A stretch of 59,344 bases of DNA, the filler included, from Trypethelium eluteriae (taxonomy: Eukaryota): assembly GCA_051942245.1 (NCBI GenBank). It is 2 parts of 2 records of this genome, joined end to end, with 100 filler letters (N's around TTAATTAATTAA, not from the genome) between each part and the next. Parts side by side here need not be neighbours in the genome. Positions count along the whole stretch, not along the records: positions 29,743 to 59,344 come from JAVECL010000291.1; 1 more part is not named here. One strand, 5' to 3'. Of this stretch, positions 35,775 to 48,994 are shown one piece after another. A program made the translations under genes and the position numbers. The notes under the pieces are model-generated. The model was given only the letters and a program-made list of their open reading frames with translations, ran no database searches and had not been told where the DNA came from. Every line of letters begins with the position of its first letter. The stretch's first letter is position 1.

Positions 35775-36433
35775 CTCTGTATCCGAAGGGCAGGATGGCT
35801 TTTCCTCCTCTTGGGTCGAGTCTCCATCGTCCCATGATTTCGGTACCTAGCTCAGCTTAATATAAAGAGCAAGTAGAGCGGGATCATCGATTTCCGTGGG
35901 ACATGGCCATGGGCTTCCTACCTAAGCACCATGATCGCCTTAACAGGCAGGACATTGCGAAAGGAAGCTCTCAGTGCGCTGTTAGTCAGGGTTTTTCGGT
36001 GATGTCAGGCCACACCCCGCCATGCCCCTCATAGCACCGCTGGGTTGGCGATAAGAGTTTAGCAAATAACCTATACCGAGACCCTGACTCGATTTGACAT
36101 GGACTCCGGGTGTTTGGGGAGATCTTATCGCTTGTACCCTCCCTTCGGGTGATGGTGTTGACACTCCTTTGTCAATGCTGGTCTTTGCCCAGGCATTGGC
36201 TTTCGCAAATTTTCAGTATCGTCGCATACATCAGCGCTTCCGGAAATCTATGCGCGCTGATTCAAATCTTCATCTAGAGCAGCAGCTAAGTCAAAAATTT
36301 TATCTTATTATAATTGCTTCGAGTCTTCTTTTGCTCGCTGCCAGCAGGTTCGCAGAGTACTTTCATTTGGGCTCCCTCTTCAGTCATTCTCCTTCCTGAA
36401 ATCACTTCACATTTACCAATCAAAACAACCATC
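35775..36433. promoter_or_regulatory. Shared divergent promoter of the hydantoinase and carbamoylase genes
   Basis: 659-nt head-to-head interval; GATAA/TTATC sites at 36050, 36125 and 36300 are possible AreA/NIT2 sites but only slightly above chance. Confidence 0.5.
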
Positions 36434-37545
36434 ATGCCTCGCAAATTCAAAGTCGCCGCCGCCCAAGTCGGCGCCGTCCACAAGTGGACCCCCCGCACCT
36501 CCACGCTCAAACGTCTCATCGGCCTCCTCCACTCCGCCCACTCCCAAGGCGCCCGCCTCGTCGTCTTCCCCGAATGCGCCTTCACCACCTTCTTCCCGCG
36601 CTACACCATGAGCGAGCCCCCCGAAATCGACGCGTGGTTCGATCACGGCGACGACCCCTCCGAGAGCCCCAACACCAAACCGCTCTTCGACGAAGCCCGC
36701 GAGCTGGGCGTCGACATCTACGTCGGCTACGCAGAGCGCACGTCCGACGGCACGAGCTACAACAGCTGCGTCTACTACTCCGGAGCGCTGGGAAAGGTGG
36801 TCAGCAAGTACCGGAAGCTGCATCTCCCCGGGACGAAGGATCCCTTTCCCGAGAAGGACGCCGTCAACCAGCTCGAGAAGCGGTATTTCACGCCGGGCGA
36901 CCTCGGCTTCCGCGCTTTTCGCGCCCCGGATCTGGTCGCGGGCGCGCTGAAGAAGGCGGGGTTGGGGGGAAAGGAGGCGGAGACGACGGCGTCGGTGGGG
37001 AAGGGCGATCCCGTGGTAGGCATGATGATCTGTAATGATAGGCGATGGCCGGAGGCGTGGCGTGTGTTGGGCTTGCAGGGGGTGGAGCTGGTGCTCTGCG
37101 GGTTTAATACGAACTCGTACGCACCACAGCTGTGGGGGTCGCGCCAGGAGATGACGGTGGAGGAGGCGGACAAGGAATCGCGCTTTCATCATGCGCTGAC
37201 GATGCAGGCGAATTCGTACATGAACGCCTGCTTTTCAGTCAGTGCGGCCAGAGCCGGATGGGATGACGATAAGTTTGGGTTGATTGGGGGGAGTTCGATT
37301 GTTGATCCTCAGGGGCACATTGTGGCAGAGACGAAAACGGATGGTGATGAGGTTGTCGTAGCAGAGATCGATCTCGAAGACTGCAGACAAGGCAAGGAAA
37401 AAGTATGCAGCTCTCCCAAGCGCCGAATTGGGAAGTGATGACTAACATTTTGTAGACCTTCGATTTTGCAAGGCACCGACGAGTTGAGACGTACGGCTTG
37501 ATTGCATCACAGACTGGAGTCGAAGAGCCACCGCTGCTGGAATGA
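36434..37545 (+). CDS. Carbon-nitrogen hydrolase, N-carbamoyl-D-amino-acid amidohydrolase-like (2 exons)
   Basis: Glu-Lys-Cys triad in FPECAFTTFFPR, YRKLHLPG and MMICNDRRWPEAWRVLGLQG; LEKRYF; intron 37403-37455; last exon TFDFARHRRVETYGLI. Confidence 0.92.
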
Positions 37546-37770
37546 AGATATCGAGCCGAACCGAGGACTCTGATCGGTCGTGGAGCATCATGTTGAGCAA
37601 GCCGGAGATTTCAGATATCCACTACTTCGTCGAAAGATATCCATATAAAGATATATCCTAGACTTTTAATGGTAGTTCCGTAGTCTTCGCCATTTTACCG
37701 CCCATTCACAGTGCTACCTTACCGTGAGCTTCACCAATTATCCAAAACACCATAGCGCCAGTCGCTAAGG

Positions 37771-40700
37771 TTATCGTGCTATCGAATCCGAAAAAAGTAT
37801 GTGCACGAATTCATCGAGTATAGTATAAACAAGGTGGATGCTGGCAAGACGTTAGCAGGTGCTCCAAAGAAAAAGCTAGATTTGTCGATAAGGCTGAGAG
37901 AGGCACCCACTTCAACCGCTGATTATTCATCACCGCAAAGATCCTTCGACTCGCCGCCTGCGCGTTCGACCTCCCCACCACACTTCCCGCCATGTCCGGC
38001 ACTAACGTCGCCAGCAGTACCCCAGCCTCTTTCCGAGTCTTGGCTTTCTCTGCCTCCGTCCGCGGCGCCGACTGCTCCCTCATTTTCCCACCAGGCCACA
38101 TCGTATCTTTGGCGAGGTTGATGTACCGCGCCACCGAGTCTTCCTCCAGATACATCTTCGCGCTCTCCCGAACCTTCCGCTCGATGGTGCCGCCGAGGAG
38201 CTGATGCAGCACGACGACGACAGCGCGGCCGCGAAGCCAGTTATTGCCCTTGTTGAGCTCGAAGGCCTCAAGGAAGAGGTCGCAGATGGGCTTGACGAAC
38301 GGTTCGAACTCGCGGTTTTCGAAAGCTTCGAGCTCGGCCTCAGCTTCGGCGGCGGTGGTGACATTGTTGACGAGCGGAGAGGTGGAGGCGGAGGTAGATG
38401 TCGTGCTGGTGGTAGCGGTGGTGTTTGTGCTCATTTGTGTCGTTGCGGCAGAGATGATATTCTGGCCAGCGAGAGAAAGCTGATCGAGGACGGGAATGTT
38501 GCCGAGGAACTCTTCCATACCATCTGTGACGGAATTGTAGATGCGACTTACAAAATCTTTGGTATCGACCTCAGAGCCAGTTCCGCCATTGGCTGAGATA
38601 GCTTGCTGTGAGAGAAAAGCGCGAAGTTCACGACTGCGACAAATGGCGGGAATTTGCAAGAGGCCATTGAGATATCGCTCCAGTGCCGACTTCCGCTTCT
38701 CCAGGAAGTCCTTTTGAAGTTTAAGGACTACCTGACGGCGAGGAAACTCGAGGTTTCGAACAACTTGATAACGTGCTCGTAGTCGCTTATTGAGTTCGTG
38801 GAACTCACTATATCGACGAGCGATAGCCCAGACTGCCGCCGGCATTTGATCACCCGCTTGTCTTCGTACTTCTATGACATCTAAAATAATGTGTCAGAAC
38901 ACTGTAGGACAATGGCAGGGACTGCACTACTCACACAAGGCATACTCGCGGCCGTCTTCCTCGTTGTCCACCATGATGGATTTGATGTTTATAGTGGCAC
39001 GGCCGAACAAGCTATTATCGCTTTCTTGGACAATATACTGTTGCCTTTGCAGCTCCTTTCGATGGATTTCTCTCTGTAGACTTGCCTTTGATTTCTTCAA
39101 AATTCTCAGCTCTGCGGCATTGTTGGTAAGCTCAGCTTTTTTCGTAAGAGAGTCAACGATAGATTCCTGCGAGACCAGCTTCTCAATGTCCAGTGTAAGG
39201 GCGTCGATGGCCTCCGCCAAACCCAAGTCGCCAGGTGCTGCTTCATGGATTTGATCTTCATCTCTGTTCTCGCCCTGGTCCGCATCTTCATGCTCATCCT
39301 CGATGAACTTCTCCTCGTCACCAAAAAGAGCATCTTCTGAGAAGACTCCCCTTCGGGTCGGAGCGCCTACTAGACCCAATGAGGCAAGACTTGGCTTGTC
39401 CTTTTCTCTCGAAGCATCGAACCCGATAGGTCGGCTGAACTCCATAGAGCTTCTCTGGGAATCGCCATCTGGTAAGGCTTTGGGTTCTTTCTCGGAGAAC
39501 AGAGAATCCTTCTCAGGCGCATTTTCAAGGATATCGTTCAGAGCCTCTTCCATAGCGTCAACTGCTTGGGTGTTGTCTGGCTCTTGTCGGACTGATTCTC
39601 GATCAGAATCTATGCTGGCTGTCGATCGAGCCAAGGGATCATTGTCAAGATCATCCTCAAATAACGGTAATCTTTGGCTTGTGTCATCGAATGATCGGCG
39701 CATTGGTGACACCGCCTCGGCTATCAAAGCTGCACTTTTGAGGTCCGTATGAGAAGCCACTGCTCGCCTTAGGTTACTCGCCTTGCCATTCGCACGGGGA
39801 GGTTTTAGGGAATGTTTCGGAGGACTTGTTGGGGATAGAGATTGAGTACTCCCTATGCTAGCTTGCCTTTCTGGGTTATTCGGGACAGCAGATACTTCAT
39901 CAGACGCCAGCCACTTGAAGTAGAGATCGGATTTTTTAAAACCTTGGAAGTGCGGCTCCTTCATTACCAGGAAAGCGCTAGTTTGGGTCTTTAAGACTGC
40001 TCGTCTTGCGTCCTGATACTGCTGAGGAGTGGCACTGTTGCCGACCTTGAGGAATGTATTTACCGCAGACTGCGCTTCCGCCGAGACCCTGATTTCAGGT
40101 CGTGACAGATATGCTTCCTGTATTTGTGCAACATCGGCACGGTCGGAAGAGGTCCACATGGGTGGTTGTTGAGCGAGTTCGGCTGGGTCGTCGTTGTCTT
40201 CCTCCAAAGGATTTCTGATTCCATCCACGACAATCCAGAACTGAACTAGGCGCATCAACCCAACCCGATCCATGTATTCCATAAAGTATGATAGACCTGA
40301 AGCATCGTACAACACATCTCGTAGAGAGGTTTTTTCGAAACGTGACGTTGTTCGACTTGACTGCTGCTGTGCCGTCACGGACAACTTAGGTCTTGTCGTG
40401 CTACCCGCTCCCAGGTGTGCAACCTTTTGGTCCAAGAGTCGTTTCCCAGCCTCAAGTCGGCGAACGTAGATAGCATCCTGACCCTGGACTCCATTTTCTC
40501 GCCTGATCTGACTAGCGACTTCGCTTCGAAAGCGACGAGCATCCGAGAGATTATTGCATTTCCGAATTGCCCGAATGAAGCGTTCGAATTTCCGTTCGTT
40601 GTCATTAGGCATGATCCTTGGAAAAGAGCTTGTCTTAGGAGATCTTGGAGAGGGTGGCGCATGTTCATCCAGCGCAGCTCGTAGTTTTCGGACAGTCTTG

Positions 40701-41581
40701 CGATCGTTAAGCATTGCTCTTCCGTAGGTCACCATGAGCTGATTCCAAGTATCGGCGTCGGCAAACATTTGCATGATGGGAAAGAACACAGCACAGGCAA
40801 CCAATTCCTTGATAAGTGTAGATACAACACGACTGCCAGTCATATTATGAGGTAGAACTTGGTTCACCAGCCGTGCAACAAGTCCACGCAAATACTGTTG
40901 TTGATGTAGTTTTGTGTCGGATGATGCTATCGTTGCTGCTGGATGCAGTCGACCATCTTTGTATTTCCCAGCTATTGCGAGATCCAGCTCGTCCGACTCT
41001 GTAATATTCCTTGTCAAGGTCTTGCCGCGGATTTGACGTTCCGACTCATCAAAGTCTTTCATGTGTGTTGTGATGAGCGGCACAATCCGAGAGATAACCA
41101 CTTCAACCAGATCCTGATCCAGAAGCCTATCTCTTATATTCCCCAGAGCCGCGCGGATTGCTCTGTCCACCTCATTTGCAAATGTAGGTCTGCTGCTGAT
41201 ATTCTTGTACCAACTATTGACATAATCCCGAAAGATTAGCTCAAGAAGGCCATCAATTGCTTCCGAGATGACGAATGATGCGGGATATAGAGGTTTTCGC
41301 CGGTAATAGGATCTTGCTCCTAGCGATTCTGTTTCCGTCTTCCAAGCCTTTGGTGGAACGAAGGCAGGGAGCCTTGCTCCGTAAGGGCTTGAGCCATTGC
41401 TAGATTGTACCGGTCGCGAATTGAGGAGAATAGCGGATACTGCGAGCGCGATTGTCGCTGCAACTCCAGCGAGGAATGCATATGGTACCAGGCGTACGAG
41501 GGGAATCCAGTGCGTGATGAAACCCCAAGAAATGAAAACCGCGATGCATGCGAGTATTACATCTCTGCGATGGAGAATCAT
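37771..41581 (-). CDS. MDM1: PXA-RGS-PX-Nexin_C sorting nexin (Mdm1/SNX13-14 family), 3 exons
   Basis: N-terminal TMs; PXA (IFRDYVNSWY, LHPAA); RGS-like GLSYFMEYMDR..LVQFW; coiled coil; PX ARRYSEFHEL..FPRR; FVKPICDLFLEAFEL..NWLRGRA. Introns 38881-38934 and 37841-37910. Confidence 0.9.
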
Positions 41582-41965
41582 AGTATGAGGAGCGCGCGAA
41601 GCTGCTGGTCCCAAGTATTGATCATACTTGCAGCAGCGCGCCTCGCTACCTCATGACGTTTTCAGGCTCTTGGCGACTGTCAGCGTTGTTGTTTGATCAA
41701 TGACCCGCAGTTGGCGAAAACGCGGCCAGGAGTGACGTTAGCAGGTCGGAGTCGGAGACCAGAGCATCCCTTGCTTGCCGCCAAACATGGCCCGCTTGAA
41801 GTTGTGAAGTACCTACACTTTATACAATGGTAATTTTTTGGATTCTAGGTTGATTGCTTTATGGTCTTCGGGGGAAGGGAGTGAGCAGAATGATCGTGTA
41901 GAGAACATTACGAGTCTTCTACGATTGTACAGTATACATTTGGCCATTATTCGAGGCTATATATT

Positions 41966-42794
41966 TTACCATATGCCGAGCCATTTTTTGACGGGCCTCT
42001 TTCTGCCTCCAAAATCTACATATGAACTCTCTCCCTCTTCTGTCGTAGACTGCGACGGAGCTGTCGGACTTTCTTCCACAACACCCTGAGCCGTTCGTCT
42101 CGCTTGCTCTTCAGGTGTAGCAACACCTAAACCAAATGGTAGTCGGCGTTCTTCTAGGCCATGAGCGATTCTGTACTCTTTCCTCTTCTGCACATCTTCA
42201 GTCTGTCTTCTTCGCCGTTCCGCGGTCTCTGCCGAGGTCTGTTCAACGTGTAATCTATAGACGCTCCAGAATTGTCTGAAAGAATGAACGGGATGGAGCC
42301 TCCAGTCTTCTCTCGTTGGAAGAAGGTGCTTGAGGGCCGTCTTATCGGTAAAATCTGTAATGAAAACATAGAAAGCGAGTGAGAACAGCACACCCTATGA
42401 ATCGATGATTAGCGCGTAGTACATTCACCCAGGAGCTGCCCATCCTTACCATTGATATCCATACGTGAATGCTCTTCTCTCTCAGAAACCAGTTCAGAAA
42501 GGTCCCTTCTGGCGGCATCATGTGTGGGTATTGCTTGGTCTTCTGCTCTTGCTTCTGCTTTTCGGATAGTGGAGGACCCGGATAGGCTTTGGGTTTCGTA
42601 CGTAGTCGCGAAGGGTGCGAAGGGGGATTGAACTTCGCAGGTTTCTCGAGGACCCGGGGTTTCGAAGAAGTAGATGCATGTCTCTCTAATACGGTCGTGT
42701 TTGAATCTGAATGAAGTATTCGAGCAGCCTGTGCCGAGCGTAAATATTGCCGACCGCGAGGCAGTAAGAATTTGGGAATGGCGAGCTGAGACAT
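41966..42794 (-). CDS. Fungal hypothetical protein, probably mitochondrial membrane (2 exons)
   Basis: Arg/Ser-rich presequence-like N-terminus, VLEKPAKFNPPSHPSRL, YPHMMPPEGTF. Intron 42395-42449 joins HVWISM|GVLFSLAFYVFI (TM); ends KKWLGIW. Confidence 0.85.
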
Positions 42795-45764
42795 GTCATT
42801 GACTAATGTTAGGGTCGGGCTTCGGTTAGGTATAGAGAGAAGAGCGGAACGGCGTGTACACAGTCAGAAGGTATGGATGACTTATTGCACAAGATCGGAG
42901 GCGAACAAACCACAACCAATTTGCAGTACGGCGGGGCATAGCCACCCAAGATACATTGATCAGGAGAACTCGCCTCGCAACTGTAAGAGTCAATTTCACC
43001 CATTGCTTAGCTTGCAACGAAGATGAAGAATCTGGTTAAAGTCAGGTCGCACAGATCTCGTGCTGTCTCAGCTTCCTGCATCGGATAATAAAAATATGGG
43101 ACCTGTTGATGGTTGATCGTGTTACACACAGTTTGGGAACCTTCAATACAACGCATCTCCAGGACGTGCGCCGTTCTCGTGAAAAAGAAGAATGAGTATA
43201 CTAACTTGGAATAGCAAATGGTCTCTCACTGGATGCCTATTTTTTAAAGTTTGGATGTTCATGGTCTACTATGTCATCAATCCTTTCCTATGCTACAGCA
43301 AGGTCACATTGAAATCCCCATAACTTGGACTCTTTCTTCTAATTCCCTTCTTCATTCGTCACTTGGCCTCCTGAAACCAAAATTCAACACTGTACTAGTT
43401 ACTCGGCCGTAGCAAGAGTTATGCCTCATTGACGCCGCAGACTAGCAATGCAGGAAGGTATAAAGCCTATCGCCGAGATGTCAAGAGGTTGGTACACTAA
43501 CCAGTCGCTTCAGAAGCTACTGATCTCTCTGCGACTTGCAATCGACTCTCCACTCAGCATTGCGGGGTGGCAACGTGAGGTGGAATCGAGGTGACGAATG
43601 GGGCGCTAGCTTTTTGATATAAATGCCTAATGGCCTTTGGTAGAGCCGCTGGGACTATCTGATGCTCGAACTGGCGTCTCTAGTCTGATCGGCCTTCGAA
43701 GGCCCGTATGCCGAGCATCCCTATGCTAAAGGCCGAACAAGGTGAAGCACAAGACAGCCGTTGACTCCTCATACGCGTAGCGGTCCGGCGATGGTGTCGG
43801 GGAAGACCCTAGCCTGACAATCGTGATCCACGGTAAGGACGGGATCGATACAACTCTTGTGGTTCTCATGATCCACAATGCTAATCAGTGAGAAAGCTTG
43901 GTTCAAAGTTGCTTTCCACACGCCTGCCGCTGGATTATTCAAACACCGACTGCCATCAGATCTGGCGAAATGGCTGAGTACTCGTAATTGAAAAATTCAT
44001 GTACCTACCCAGAAATCCTGGATCCAAAGCTCGGCCTTCCGCATTACTTAGACGCAACCGACCTGCAAGCCATTTCCGGCGCCGTCTAGGCATGCCAATC
44101 ATTCGCTCGTTAGCAACCCGCTGAATGCGGCCGCTGGTTACACTGATTCGTAGCGCGCATACCTTGCCATGACCCACCAGGATCCTTCGGGAGCAACCGA
44201 CATTGGCTGCTGAGGGTATTCCACGCTGTTCTCATCGCAGCGACGGCGTGTTGAGATGTATGGCTTGCCGTCCCCTAGTCGCTACAGTGACCATCTTGCA
44301 AGCTCTCTGCTCTGCGCTGCGTCTAATACTATAGCTTTGAAATCAACCGGCTCTGCACGGTTCGTCCCGAGCGTCCGTTAGCGCTGCGGAATATGGTCTG
44401 TTTTTGTTAGCTTGGCCCCTATGTCTTGCTTGCGCTGAAGCTTGGACTGGGCAGCTAACTGAATCTTATCCAAAAGAAACATAGGCAATCACACTGCTTT
44501 TGCCATGATGAAACAGGTCTTGCATCCAAACGCGGCGTTTCTTGCCTATGCCATTAGCGCCTGACGTTGAATGCAGGTGTCCGCTGTTATCTGCACAGAT
44601 GCCATGCCTTTGGGGACGCCACGTACCACCAAAAGCAGCCTGCGTTCGCACGGAGAAAAGTGTGGGAATTCTCACTGAAGCCATGAGGTGCAGTAGCAGG
44701 GAAAGCTCTGGCCAAGGACAGCCGCCAGGAATGAAGCTAGGCCAGCTGTGGAACGCAAAAGATTCCAAGTATCCACAGTTGATGCAACGGCTTCGGTACC
44801 GGAGCTCGTTCTCTGCATCGCTAAGCATCTGTTGCAGATGTTCCCTATTTGCGGAGCGTTTGTGTGGATGCAGCAGATCAGAAGCCACATAATCTTGCAG
44901 ACGATGGCCGCTTGGGTAGTAAAGTCTCTGGAATTTGGCTCGACTAAGAGTCATGTGTTCCCCAATCTGAGTAGGGCACACTCGAATCACTGTCCCTGGA
45001 GCAGTGGAATCGCCGTGGCCGTTTTCAATCGGCGCTGACTTCTCATCCATTCTGTGAGCGTCTTGTGGCATTTCACATAGTTCCCCGGATCGGTCCAGGT
45101 TTAGTGAGGCCGCGAGGACCACCAGGAGCCATAATCCTCAATACGTGATCGGAGCTATCGACCAATCGTACTTTCGAAAGCATGCCCGATCCGGCAGTAT
45201 CGTTCCGTGTTCAGCAATACACCTGCTGTCTGTTAACGTATTAAGCGGGGAGACTCCAGGACCAGACGCTACAAATACCGACCTGACTGCGCCTCTGGGT
45301 TGGACAAAGAGCACCCAACAGCAATCTCCACGATTTTCCCACTCTCTTTTCCAGCAAGCCCTTGCCACTGTCACGAAGACAAAGAGGTGTCGCAGGCTCA
45401 GAGCTTCCAGGAGCCTCAGAGCTCCTGTGGATCAAGACATCTTTGACGTAGACACGGTCGGCTTGCTTCACATTCGTATGAACGAAACGAAATCAACCAG
45501 AGGAGTTCGACTGTACAGTGACTGCCGGGCATCTGCATTAGGTGCGTCTATGCGTGCAGGAGCAGCAAGAGACCGAGAAAAAAACCGGCCGCGCCAGAAC
45601 GTGCGCAAGCTTGGAGACTGACACATGAGTATAGATTAAAATCACGCGCTGCCGCATCCTCTCGGGATCCTTCCCTAGACATTCCAGAAGATCCACAGAA
45701 GGGAATTTGCATACACACCTGAACACGAGTTCCTCTACTTCCCGTTGTGGCTATTGAACATCCA

Positions 45765-47506
45765 ATGTCAACAGCCACTTTTGATCATCGACCACCGAAA
45801 CCTCCCTTCACAGATCCAAAGCCCACCTACAGCTTTCATCAGCATACCCACCTGCAGTCTAGCGAACGCCACGACTCAGTCCAGGACTGTGATAGCAAGA
45901 GGTACAACCGGTCTGGTCAAATTGCTGTATCTTTTGAAGCGCCCGAGCTTGCGATGCATGACCCGCGCGTAGCCGCGCATTATCCGCCACAATATTACGC
46001 ATACAATCAATACCCGGATTTGCAAGACCCAAGTGTTGGCTTGGGCATTGAATTGGTGAGTTCATCACGTGGCATGTGCACCTTCGTCACATAACCTGAA
46101 TTAACGTGGGCCAGGGCGAACAATACGGTGCACCAAGTGCAGCGTATTACCAACACGATAGCCCCCTTACTCACGGCGTACCTGTGAGTTCCACTGTTTA
46201 GACCACTATGGTTGCCCCTCTGATATTGTTTTTCTCTCAGTACGGTACCGCCGTCATGCAAATCAATGATCCTCCGACGCCTCACTCCATTACCAGCGAT
46301 GGCCGACGAACCAGAAGTGGACGCTCGCTGGCGCGCGAGACCCCTCCGCCCGGTAGAGGTGACCGCAGCAGGAGCCGAGTGTCAAAACCTTCGCCAAGGC
46401 CCCGACGATCGAAGGCTACAAAGGGCGAAAAGCCAAAGACGCCAAAGTTAACGGCACCGCTGAGCGAACTTACCAAGGATATGAGTATTCCAGTCCGAGA
46501 CATGGATGCATGGGTAAATCGATCAATAGAAGATCGTCAACAAGAAGTGGAAAAGCGCAAGGGCTACGTCACTAGGCCAATGAACTCCTTCATGCTTTAT
46601 CGATCGGCATACGCCGACAGAACGAAGGAGTGGTGCAGACAAAACAACCACCAGGTCGTTTCTTCGGTCTCCGGAGAAAGTTGGCCAATGGAACCACCAG
46701 AAGTTCGTGAGAAGTACAATGACCTAGCAAAACTTGAGAGGATAAACCACCAGAATGCACACCCAAATTATAAGTTTTCCCCAAGCAAAGCTGGACAAGC
46801 AAGAAAAAGAAAAGGCACCGATTCCGATGAGGAAGAAGACGACGAAATGAGTGACTGTGATGATGGTGATGCAGCTTGGACTCCTTCAGGACAACGGAAG
46901 TCCAAGCCAAGACCAGGCGGCAGATCCGGAAGAGATCTCGCCTACCAGCACGAGATGATGCTCAACGACCCATATGGTAGAAACTTTGGACCAAATGGCA
47001 ACATCAACAAGTCCAGCTGGGAAGCGAGTAATGAAGGCCGACCGATTCCCGCTGCGATTGGTAGCAACGACTTGTACGGATATCAATACTACCAGACGGT
47101 GCATCGCAATCCTGGTGCACCAGGAACTGAAGATATTCGGCTTCAAAGAACGGATACGCCAGTGATGCAATACCAGACTGCGCCTTCGCTGCTTGGATTG
47201 CCTGGTGGACAACACCATGATCTCATGGGCTCTCGTTCAGCGACTCCTCTGGCCTACGAACATCAGGTCGACCCTCAACTTCTCGACTACCCTATCCAAG
47301 TAACGATTCCAGGACAAGATCCTGCTTCTTATTCCACGATGGGCCCTAGCTCTCATTTCGATGAACAATACGGAGATCTTGAGCTTTTTGGTGGCGAGAC
47401 GGCCCCCGCAACCAACACAGAATGGAGTCTTGATCCAGATATGGCCAGCTTGGCTGCTGACACGGACTTTCCGAAGTGGGAAGATGAGTTTGCTGCTGCC
47501 AATTGA
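45765..47506 (+). CDS. MATA/SOX-type HMG-box transcription factor (3 exons), not a MAT idiomorph gene
   Basis: Exons 45765-46055, 46115-46183 and 46241-47506 splice in frame; HMG box VTRPMNSFMLYRSAY...SGESWPMEPPEVREKYNDLAKLERINHQNAHPNYKFSP. Confidence 0.92.
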
Positions 47507-48236
47507 TTGAGTCAGAAATGAAGATGGAGTAGAGTGTTGCGCATCTTGTTGAGACTGGGAGGTGTACTTTGTTTGACCTCAAAGAGCTGGCCGGGCTCTG
47601 TTCCTACCCTCTTTCCTTGTTTCGTCGTTCGCATGTGAAGTCATCCCGTTGCTTAGATCAGTAAGATTCACATCACACTGGCAATACCCACGGCGTGAAG
47701 GATGTAATTTTATAATGTACGTAGGGAATTTCATTCCGTGCCCGGAGATTTGCTCGTTGACAGGAAGAGAGGAGGGTCATCCAGAGAGACTTTGTAGAAG
47801 TACGAGATGTTGCATCGAAGACATGTCGGGCAAACTCTCTGTGAGCTCTGATAATGGCTTTGTCTTTGGTAGTACAGGGCGGGTGGCTGCATAACGCCGT
47901 CCGCAATGTCTCACTGGTCGTGGACATCAGTGAGTCGCCGAGACGATGACCAAGCGGAGCTACAATTTTTGAGTCATTCACAGCTTTACCTCAGATATAA
48001 GGTGAGTGGAATACTTCATAAGAACTAAGACGGGATCCAGGAAATTTGGGATGAACTGAAAAGTGGTTGAAATAAGGCCGTCAACCGAGCGGACTTTCGT
48101 TAGGAGCAACACTAGCGCGTATCTGGATGACGCGCATCGCCCCTAATTACTTATCTTTGCACGGCATCCTCCACATTCAAAAGGAGCCTCACCACCTCAA
48201 CAGCTAGTTTTTCCCGAGTCTCGAGTCCTCAACCTC

Positions 48237-48994
48237 ATGTATGGCGAGCTTGGCAACAAATTGGTCAGTCTCGGATCTTAAAGTCGTAGGCTGTCCATCG
48301 GTATTTACAGACAACAGGTGCAACATGCCAAGCGAACACAGACTCTGGCACATCTTCCCCCATACCAAACGGAAATGGTGCGCGCCGTGACGAGAGAGGT
48401 GCGAGAACTCGATCGAGACGTTCAACAGATTCTAGAGCCCTTCCAAGGCTCATTCGACCCCTCCCAAGACCCCGCAACTGCAACCGCATTATTGGTTGAT
48501 CATCTCTGTATGCGCCGCAATAAACGCTGCCTCCTTGCCTACCACCGGACCCGCACGGAGAAGCTGGAGGAGATGTGCTGGAACGGTATCGATGTTCTAG
48601 AGCAACAGCAGCAAGGAATTAAAGCCGGCGCCGATGCACAGGGTCAATTGGCCGGGGGAGACTCGGCGAGTTCAAGCAGCCTGAGCCCAGAGGAAGAGGA
48701 ATACGTAAGACAGTATAGTGATATGCTTGCGGCCTACAAAGGTCAATGGACGGACATAGACTTGACAGGAAGCTTGGAGCCACCTAGGGATCTATTCATC
48801 GATGTCCGAGTGCTCAAAGATGCGGGAGAGATTCAAACAGAATACGGGTAAGGGCTCAGGCGCCTTCCGCGGAAACGCAATATGATTGACGATTTCCTAG
48901 AGCTATAACTTTAACAAAGAATAGCCAGTTCTATGTACGCCACGGAGATGTGGAACGCCTTATTGCTCAAGGATACTTGCAGCGATTGAGCTGA
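48237..48994 (+). CDS. PSF1: GINS complex subunit Psf1 (3 exons)
   Basis: MYGELGNKL|VQHAKR; HLCMRRNKRCLLAYH; DLTGSLEPPRDLFIDVRVLKDAGEIQTEYG|AITLTKNSQFYVRHGDVERLIAQGYL. Confidence 0.96.

Noticed and set aside
35775..35835. ATGs at 35835 and 35827 as the hydantoinase start
   Set aside because: Both are out of frame with MDFDLVVKNG; they may be uATGs or lie upstream of the TSS.
36413..37192. Antisense and alternate-frame ORFs over the carbamoylase (also 29848-30480 over the amylase)
   Set aside because: They result from stop-codon scarcity in GC3-rich coding DNA.
44466..45122. 218-aa minus-strand ORF upstream of the HMG gene
   Set aside because: GTG start, no recognisable motif or codon bias; probably a chance ORF, though not excluded.
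45765..47506. HMG-box gene as mating-type gene MAT1-2-1
   Set aside because: No APN2 or SLA2 neighbours, no intron inside the HMG box, and the length and sequence fit non-MAT HMG regulators.
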